From positions 83,080,001 to 83,144,000 of the forward strand of contig OX597814.1 of assembly GCA_951406725.2 (NCBI GenBank): 64,000 nt of DNA. The letters run 5' to 3'. Of this stretch, positions 54,881 through 64,000 are shown in pieces. The notes under the pieces are model-generated. The model had not been told where the DNA came from, made no database searches, and saw nothing but the letters and a program-made list of their open reading frames with translations. The DNA is from Octopus vulgaris (Eukaryota). Within the stretch, counting starts at the first letter, position 1, and the number at the start of each line of letters is the position of its first letter. The translations under genes were made by a program, and so were the position numbers.

Positions 54881-55459
54881 TAATGTCATATATAATTAAT
54901 TTCTGTTCCTGACAATGACAAAACCTTTCAAAAGGATATGCAAATTTCAATCTTTCCCGTTTATGATTTTCTAATTTCATTTGATTGGAATATTTTTGTA
55001 TTTAAACTTTGAAAGTAATTTTAAAATGATTTCCATCAAAATATATTTGGCATCAAATAAGGATAATGACTAGAATAGCATTTTATAGTCACGCCTACTG
55101 AAATTTTTTAAGAATCTCTTTCTTCTTTGTTGTATGATTTGACATGGCCATTAAGCTACATATTGGGAAATAATAACTATACATGGTCATAAATGATGTA
55201 AATAACTGGGAATAAACATTGAAACTGCATTGCATTGTCAGCTCAGTGAGAAATTAACTTTAACTTGATATCACTCAGCCATGACATTGACTAAATAAAA
55301 CACAGATGTTCAATAGCAACCAATATAACAAGCTAGCTTGGTGTGACTGGGCCACTGAGAAGTATATCTATTAACCCCAAGTATTTCAGTCATAACCATT
55401 CCATTCTTTTCGATCTATGATATACTTTGTTAGGAAAACACTTTAGATACATACTAAGT

Positions 55460-55716
55460 CAGTGGTTCTCGACCGGAGTCCATATGGCTCTTAGGGGTCC
55501 ACATAAGATTTTGTTGTTAATATTTATGTCCAATAAACTGGTTATATTTCTACAATATGCAAAATATTTTTGACCATTTTTTAAATACAATTCCTAATAA
55601 TATTCAATTATTAAAATATAATAGGAACTTTTAAACATTGAATAGTTATGAGGATCTGTCTGAGAAAAATAGGAACCATAGGGGTCCATTGGTAAAAAGA
55701 GGTAAACACTCCACTA
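55460..55716. mobile_element. hAT (Charlie-like) MITE
   Basis: Starts cagtggttctcgacc, has subterminal ggggtcc motifs at both ends and a decayed ...ccact end. Confidence 0.6.
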
Positions 55717-57484
55717 TGGGCTGACTAGGAGCTAAACAGTAACATTAATAAGCCGCAGCCCATTCACTTAGACTGTTAGTTGGTACTGTTGCCTAGTTAC
55801 CTGTCCCCTAGATGGCTATCATCCTGTTGCTTCTCAGTTGAGCGAAATAATTCTACTTTTTTTTTCTTCTTTTATTGTTTCCAATTCTTGTGTGGAATAA
55901 TTTTATTTTAAATCTTGGAAATTAATTTTAAAGTGATTTTCATTCTACAGTATTTGGCACTAAATAGTGATAATGACTGTAATGTAACCACTCTATGGCT
56001 ACTCATGCAGAATTTTTATAAGAATTTTTATAAGAATTTCAGACCACTCTATTGCATAATTCAACACGGCCAATAACAGTCAACTGCTTACTGTATTTTT
56101 CTGATTTCTTTTCTCTCTATATTTGTTTATGATGCAAATTTTTTCCTCCTTTTCGTCACTGTTCATTTTTATGTTAATTGGTTTCCTTATTTTATTTTCA
56201 TTATGTTTTCTTCATTATTCTATAAACTGTTGTGTTAGTTAATTCATTTTAATCAAGTTGTTTACTAGCACAAATCACTTCTTCCTCTCTGTATCTCATA
56301 AATACTAGCATAGAGTGATATTCTATGCTAGTGCTTATCAAACAAAAACATAGTAGAATCCATTTAAAAATGTTCTTCCGTGTTTGTTACATGTGATTCA
56401 TTGAGTGATTATATGTAAAGCTATGCTTGTTATTGATTGTTTTACAAACAAAACACCCCTTTTATGATCCTGAAAGGCAATAAATATATAACAAAGTATC
56501 CTTTTTACTTACTGCGTAATATTACTTTCATTTTATGATTTTGCCATAATGTAATTAGAAACAGTAATATAATTTTTTTTCTTTGGTCAATAATTATTAG
56601 ATGATAGTCAGTTAGCTTGATACTTGTGGGAAATTAAAAGTGCTATCTTTACAAATCTAGTTATATTTGTATCAAACATCTGCTGATTAGAGATAGGTAA
56701 TTACATACTACTCACCATCATACATATGTATCTATAATATAGAATTTCTTCATGCATTCTACTCTTAAATTATATATCAGCTGTAGAGGTGCAGTTTTAT
56801 CTGGCCTGTACTAAATTTCTTCTCATATAATATAGATCCATATTCTATATTTAAGAGATGAGGAATTATGTACATTATTAATATTTGAAGAAATGATCAA
56901 GCTAAGTAACAACTACCCCAAAAACATACTATTTACTCCAATTATGAAGAAAAGACAGAATGAAACCAATAAACTGTCCACAGTCTGTCTACCCTATGTG
57001 AAAGGCCTCTCCGAAAAGATACAAAAGATATGCAGCCCATATGACATCAGGACAGTATTCAAGAGTAGTACAACACTTTGCAAATATCTCCTTTGAGTAA
57101 AACCACCAATAGAAGAGAATATGACCAAAGACTGCGTGTACTCCATTCCATGCAGCTGTGGTAGGTTATACAAAGGTGAAATATGCTTCCCCCTCAAAAT
57201 AAGGGTAGACAAACATCGCAAAGCTGTGACACGAGGAGATATTGATAAATTGGGTATAGCTGATCATGTATGGAAAAATGGAGACCACCTCCCCCTGTGG
57301 GATGAAGTCAAAATAATAAAGAACACCACTGGAAAATACGAAAACTAAAAGAAGCAGCACACATACTTGGACACAACAACCTCCTAAGCAGACCGAGTGA
57401 AGATATGTGTAGCATATGGGAACCAGTATTAAGGAAGGATAGGAAAATATTAGATTTATAAGCCCTAAAATTTACTCCATAATT

Positions 57485-57565
57485 GGTCACAGGCATATGG
57501 CATAGTGGTTAAGAGCACAAGTTACTAACCCCAAGATTCTGAGTTTGATTCCAGGCAGCGACCTG
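57485..57565 (+). promoter_or_regulatory. tRNA-like segment with Pol III A and B boxes
   Basis: A box tggcatagtgg at 57498-57508; B-box-like gagtttgattcc at 57541-57552; ggtcac/gcgacc closing stem. Confidence 0.65.
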
Positions 57566-57625
57566 AATAATAATAATATCGAAAAATACCTTAGGAATGA
57601 GAACCCAAGTTTGAAATTTCCCCAA

Positions 57626-57671
57626 GACATCTGATGAAGGCTGGAGGGTATATCAGCCGAAACGTTGTGTT
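57626..57671 (+). ncRNA. Minimal type I hammerhead ribozyme motif of the Penelope element
   Basis: GACAU-CUGAUGA-A-GGCUG-loop-CAGCC-GAAA-CGUU-GUGUU. Confidence 0.85.
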
Positions 57672-58006
57672 AACAACAAACAAGATGAGGACCAATATCC
57701 GTCAAATGTAAATAATGTATAATAAAGATCCTCACCACCACCACTATTCATCATCATCATCAGTGACTGCAGCAACAGCTATGTCTGACATAAGAACTTT
57801 CTAGCAAAGTAGCCTACTTATAGTTTTTTCACCTTTTTCTGACTCTTCAATTGAAATTTCATGTCATGCAGCCTCATTACAAAGTGGTTGATATGACTCC
57901 CTCAGGCCCAAATTTTGTCAATTCTTATGTACCTTGATATGTCTCTTGCACCACTATCATACATTAAGCATTAACAGTGTGTTCCTTACAAAATATACAC
58001 TCACAG

Positions 58007-58065
58007 GCACCCTTCACTTTTCAATAATCTTTTGATAGCACCCTTCACTTTTCAATAATCTTTTG
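58007..58065. repeat. 31-bp tandem duplication
   Basis: gcacccttcacttttcaataatcttttg x2. Confidence 0.9.
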
Positions 58066-58659
58066 TACATTGATGCTCTACACATAATCTAGATAATTCA
58101 AAATGAATATTTTAGGAGCAGTGGCTTTTGTAATATCCCCCAACATTTTATGACTAGCCAGTTTTATTGAACATCACCAAAGCACAATTACTATACATAC
58201 AAAATTACTTACTAAACAATTCATTCTCTGTACATGAACAACACACAACTAAGATTCAGATTCACTAGAAATACTAAATCTTATATCATTACTTGTTATC
58301 AACATCTATAATAATTTCTTACAGAGGCACAAGCATAAATTTAGCAGAGGGTTTAGTTGATTAATTTAACTTCAGTACTTGACTGATACTTTTTATCAAT
58401 CACTGGAGGATGGATGGTGATGTTAACCTTGCTGGCATTTGAATTCAGAATGTAAAGAGCTAGAATAAATTCCATAATTTTTTTTTGTCTGATGCACTAA
58501 TGATTCTGTCAATCTATCCGCATCTGAACAATGATAAGAGCGACCCATACTCTAAGATTCCTCTTTAAGCTCTAAAAGTACATCTGTTGTGAATAGTTGC
58601 TGACTCTTTACAAAGTACAAGTAGGTCCAACATGAATCTATGGTTCACTGAGGCATCCA

Positions 58660-59104
58660 AACAACATATGGATAAAGACAGTTGCATAAAGAAGTGCCAG
58701 ACTCTAATTGTGGAAGGGGTAGACTCAGGAAGATGTGGGATGAAGTGGTGAGAAAAGATCTTTGGATGAAGAAATGACAAGGGACTTGGAGTTGAGGTGA
58801 TTTACTGTACTTGAGAAGATATGTTAGATGTGTCAAGCTAAGTAAAATTATTGTCATCTGTACATACAGACTTGTCTATCATAGGTGCTGATGCCACATG
58901 AAATGCATTTGTGCTGGTGCTATGTAAATGCACCCATGCTGGTGGCATGTAAAAAGCACCAACACACTCTGTAAAGTGGTTGGCATTAGGAAGAACATCT
59001 AGTTGTAGAAATCATGCCAAAACAGATAATTGGAGTCTGGCCAGCTCCTGTCAAACATCCAACCCATGCTAGCATGGAAAGTGAATGTTAAATGGTGATG
59101 ATGA
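58660..59104 (+). mobile_element. RTE family A 3' fragment
   Basis: aggaagatgtgggatgaagtggtg...; tail ccaacccatgctagcatggaaagtgaatgttaaatggtgatg. Confidence 0.8.
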
Positions 59105-59899
59105 ATACTCTGCCTAATACTCTTGGTGCACATGCTCTATCTTCTCTCATTAGCCTTAGCACTTTGTCATATCTTTACTCTCCTGAAGAGCGAACCGTTG
59201 AACTTCCTTCCTAGACCATATTTTTCTCAATAAACATTGAACTGCAGAGGTTAAAGTTGAACATTATCCATATTAACTTCCCCAGTCTATGTGATCTAGC
59301 AAAGGCTTTAGAATATTATCCTTCTTCAAAACAGAAAAAAAGAAGAAAGAAAAGCAAAGTGCACCAGCTTCATTGTTGTTAGTTGTCATAAAAGTAACTT
59401 AATTTTTTTTCTTTTTTTATATTTCTTTCCTGATACATTATAAGCGAAATATTTATTTGAAAACTTTTTTAATTAGATTGTTTTGTATTTTTTATAGATG
59501 GTTTTGATGACTAAGTAATGAAATTTTGTCGTGTCTAACGGTAATTAAATTTGTTGCATTTCATCTTAACACTGGTTTTTAATGGTTGACTGTTAGATAA
59601 GATAGAAAGTTTAAAATTGAAAGATGAATAAAATTATATCAATTATTATGTCAATTTAGTTGTTTATATAGAACAATCAGTAATATCTTAGATTTGATAT
59701 ATTTTAGTCATTTTATCATATATGTACATACATATAAGACATTTTATTTTTTAAACTAATCATCATCATATTGGAATATAGAAATCTTAACTATTAACAT
59801 CATTTGAGTTTATTTGCAGTGTATTTAATTCAAGATTTTTCTTTTGAAATTTTAAACTTTTGCATTTCTTATTTATAGTGTTTCATCGTTTTCAGTCAT

Positions 59900-60770
59900 G
59901 ATAATCATCCTCACTTTCAATCAGGTTTTCTATGTTTTCATGGGTTGGATAGCTTTTCTCCAGTACAGTGTCTTACACTATTTATTATAGTCTTTTATTA
60001 GTTGTTTCTGAAATCAGTAGTCATTAATTCTTCCCATGTCTTCCTTGGTATTCTTTTGGCACAGGTTCTTCTTAGATTATTTGCTTTTCTTTGCCCAACA
60101 TTCATCTTCCATACACATCACATGTTTGTGCTAGCTCAAACTTCTCTGTTACACACTATGTCTGATTCTTCTTCTACACAGTTTTTGTGTTCTATCAATT
60201 ACATACTCTAACATGACACAACCAGTGGAGTATGTTCACCTAGTTTCTTCCTACCATTTATACATCCTCTGCATTTGGTGCTCATGTTTTTGCTATATTC
60301 CACATTGCACTTTGTACACATAAGTATCATACATTCTGAAAAGGAATTTTTTTTTGCCCACAGGTATAATAGTTCTCTGAACTTTTTCAGCTCTGTTTTT
60401 AATCTGGCTCTTATGTTTTTAGAACACCCACCTTCACTTTTAATCAGATAATCTCAGTAATAGAAGCTTTCAGGTACATCTAGGAAGCCTTCTATATATT
60501 TTATAGGAGCTTTTACTGTTAGCTATGCATCTGCATAGGAGAAAGGCCTTTCTCCTCTGTCAATCTACCTGTGATTCTACTGCACTTTTTGTGCACCCAT
60601 AGTTTATATTGGACACTCTGTATAGAATTCCTACCAACTCTTTTTCTACATATCAAGTATGACAACTCACCAGATGGTAGTATAGTCCTGTCTACTTTCC
60701 TGTTAACTAAAACTTTTGCCTTTGCAAGATTTATTTTAAGATCTCTTAATTCCAGACTTTGCTTATTGAT
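59900..60770 (-). pseudogene. Old RTE family A remnant including the finger region
   Basis: Minus strand LKINLAKAKVLV.RK, GRNSIQSVQYKLWVHKKCS. Confidence 0.65.
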
Positions 60771-61595
60771 TCTTTCTTAAATACAAAACCACAAATTTAT
60801 AGTTAGGAAAAAGTTTCTCAGTAATATCTCATGCATTTCTCTCCAGGACTCAAAATTACTATTGCCTATCTTAATCTTACTACTTACTCTACAATATTCT
60901 CTATATAATCTATAAAAGATAATATATAGAAAAATATGCTATTTAAAAAATAAAAGTTATGAATATAATCAAAGGAGACAACCACCATTATTATAGATAA
61001 CACATGCAATTGATATATACATACAACATTAAAAAACAAACACAACATGCATACACAAACTAGTGAGAGAACTGTTATATGGTTGCTTAACCTACAGCAA
61101 CCAAATCTCTTCTAGATCACTCTTCACTATCTTAAAAAAGGACATTGGATGATTTAGCTCAGGTCACAGAGATGGTCACATCTAGAAAGCTTTTGATCAC
61201 AGGTCTGCTCAGTGAGGGCTGACTTGGAACTAAGTAGCAACAATTACACACACACACATGCATGCACAATGCTACATAGAGACAAGCACTCACGGACCTT
61301 AACATAAAAATTAACTATTTATAAGAAATGAATTATCTACATTAATGGATTTCAATTTTATACTATTAGAGCTTCCATATATAAGATAAAGTTCATTATG
61401 TTTTGTATACCTTCACTGTTCAAAATCTACAAAAGTTGAAATATTGTTAAAAGTATATAAACCTGGTCAAGGAAATGTGTACTGATATTTTAAAGAGAAT
61501 CATCCAGCTCTTTATTAAATACTATCTTTAACTTGGATTTTAACACAAAGTGTTTTCACAAGACTAGTTTTACATACACAAAATAAATTAGTTCG

Positions 61596-61651
<56 letters not shown>

Positions 61652-62754
61652 GCTTCTCTCAGTTTCTGTCTACCACAAAACACACATGACAGGCTTTCAA
61701 TTCAACAAATTTTACACACAAGATGTTGTCAAACTGATGCTAAAATAGAAGACAATTCCCTAAGGTACCGTGTAAGTTGCTAAGTAAACTTTTTAGTTAG
61801 ACAGCTATATCTACACCTGTGATACAATATTTAAAGTATATTTTGTTCTTTACATCTCTGTTTCATATATTCTTACAGTTTATAACATTATATGAGTTTG
61901 TAAATGAAATATTATTATTGTTGAATGAGAGAGCAGTACATGCCATCAAAGTGACACTGTAGTACAAATATATGAAACCCATTATACCTATCATGACTAC
62001 TTGTTGGATAAGGGTACACCATGCACCATACATCACAGCCATATGTGCATGACATGGTGATCTCATATCAAGATGAAAAGTACATGATCTTGTAGGTAAG
62101 GCCCAGTTAGAATTTTCTTTAGGTTAAGTAGCCCATCCCACTCAAAAGGTTCCTGAATGAGGGTTGTTTAAGGATGATGAATGAAGCATTTGTTTCAAGG
62201 CGTAAATTATTCAAACCCCAAAGAATTCCTCTCAACACATAGCTATGATGCTACCCCACTACTTCTGCTCATGATCAGAGATTCACATTTTGGTTAAGGT
62301 CAAATAACTTAGCCAAAATTATGTATATTGCATCAAATGCAATTATTCTGAAATTAATATTTCAAGCATCATTCACCAAAGATTTCATTGGAAAATTTAT
62401 TATAAATACTTTTAAGTCAGGTAATGAACACTCAAAAAGCAACAGGTAATATGTGTTCATTCAGCATTATCTCTCTGATACATTCACTGTAAAACTAATG
62501 AAGCTAAATTTACCTTACTTGAAAATTTGATTTGAGTGAAGTGTCTTTAATTAATTATCAAAAATATCTTTTGAAATATTTTATGCTAGGTTTCAACTAT
62601 GGAACTTTATTCTAGTATATATTATTTTATATTTTTACTGGATTCTCTTACTGGTTTCAATCATTAGACTGTTGCCACTCCGGGGCATGCCGCCAAGGGT
62701 TTAACAAGTGATCAACTCCTATTATTTACTTTTAAGTCTGGTACTGATTGATCT

Positions 62755-63350
62755 GTAATACTCTCCAAAGTAAAGGGTAGATTGTATGATGTTTGTGTAC
62801 AAAATGTGTTACTACATGATAGTGAGATATGAGCCTTCAATGCAGAAAGTCTATAAAGGCTAGAAAGAAATTAAGTGATTGGGTAAATAATGGAAGTGAG
62901 GAGGAGAGAGAGAGAGAGTGATGTATATCAGTAGAGAATGATAAGAGGGAATAATGAAAGATAAAATAAAGGATTATCAGATATCAAAAAAAAAAAAGGC
63001 GAGCAAGTGATGGATAGCAATATAAATGGGTAATTGTAGGACAGGGTGGTGGGTATCAAAGAATGACAAGTGTGGAGAGAGGTAGTATGGAAAAGACATT
63101 CATCACATTAACATATGCTGCATGTTGATGTTAGTATGCATGAATGATAAAGCACAAATGAATTGAGAAGAAAGCTGAATATAAGAGGAATCAGATTAGT
63201 GTGCAAGTGAGCAGACTGCACTGGTACAGGCATTATGGTATGTATGAAGGATGTCAGTTTTATACAGAGCAACTTGCAGTTCATGGAACTCGTAGAAAAG
63301 GGAGATCAAGAAGAGGAAGTAATGATCAGTTTATCAAGATAAACTGATCT
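62755..63350 (+). pseudogene. Old RTE family A remnant interrupted by a purine-rich repeat (about 62880-63105)
   Basis: gtaaagggtagattgtatgat...ctagaaagaaat, resuming at about 63110 (gtgcaagtgagcagactgcactggtac). Confidence 0.6.
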
Positions 63351-64000
63351 TTACAAAGGAAATTATAAAGAACCATGAAGATAAGCCCACCTGTGTTAAT
63401 GAGGCAAAATGGACATTATAAAGGTGAGAGATGGTGGTGGTTGGAATATATATCTTTATTTGGGTCTATCACCTACAATGTTCCTGTTGAGTTTCCATTT
63501 AATGTCCTTCTCCTCTATCATTCACACTCTCTTCCATTCAGTGTTCCATACCTACCATCTTTCTTCCACTTGTTAATCTTTATTGACACCCACCTCTCAA
63601 TCTTACTAATGACCAACTCTATTGCTATCCGTCACTTGCTCTCTTTTACCATCATCTATCTTTATTGCTGTCTGCCAATCCTTCACTGTCTCTTGCATTA
63701 CCCTTTGTTATTAATGTTGTAATATATCACTCTCTTTTTCCCTGTCATTTCCATTACACTTCCTTAATACTCCCTCTTTCTCCAACTTAGCAGTCATAAC
63801 TTTTTCTATTCAATCTTACCAACAGCCAGATTTCAGCTGCCTATCACTCTCTCCATTACTTCCTCCTCACCTCCCTCTTCTTAGTGTCATATTTCCTCCA
63901 TCATATTCATACTCTCATCATTTCTTTTATGGTCTGGTTCTCTCTGTCTTTCTCCTCTCTCCCTCTCTCTTTCTATCTCTCCCTTCTGGGCCATGGATAT

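Larger units (their letters stand above)
56843..57735 (+). mobile_element. Penelope-like retroelement 3' part: GIY-YIG endonuclease, 3' repeat and short inverted end
   Basis: LPYVKGLSEKI, CVYSIPCSCGRLYKGE...LKIRV.KH...IADHVW..DH..LWDEVKI; 56861-56888 is the reverse complement of about 57702-57734. Confidence 0.9.

Noticed and set aside
55027-55101. C/D box snoRNA
   Set aside because: The C box is poor and the D box is not kept in the second copy.
59183-59205. ctgaagagcgaaccgttgaac as another hammerhead
   Set aside because: No intact GAAA and no convincing stems.

Overview
AT-rich eukaryotic, repeat-dominated DNA that is almost certainly intronic or intergenic. The (TA)n/(CA)n density and the SINE/LINE families suggest a coleoid cephalopod such as Octopus (inference, not checked). 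No intact host gene is visible. The window holds 5'-truncated or decayed non-LTR retrotransposons (several RTE-clade, CR1/L2-clade and probable R4-like copies), a Penelope-like element with a GIY-YIG endonuclease, many tRNA-derived SINEs, several MITEs, a fold-back mariner derivative and long microsatellites. Young insertions pile up in (TA)n at about 21-34 kb. The most interesting signal is a set of minimal type I hammerhead-ribozyme motifs in several unrelated short elements. These are a 139-bp-arm palindrome with a G3-C8 covaried core (26625-26912), a Penelope 3' end where a tRNA-like Pol III promoter sits just upstream of a canonical hammerhead (57485-57671), a CUGUUGA variant (23218-23255) and decayed copies. 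Coordinates of decayed repeats are approximate, and family names come from motif recognition only.
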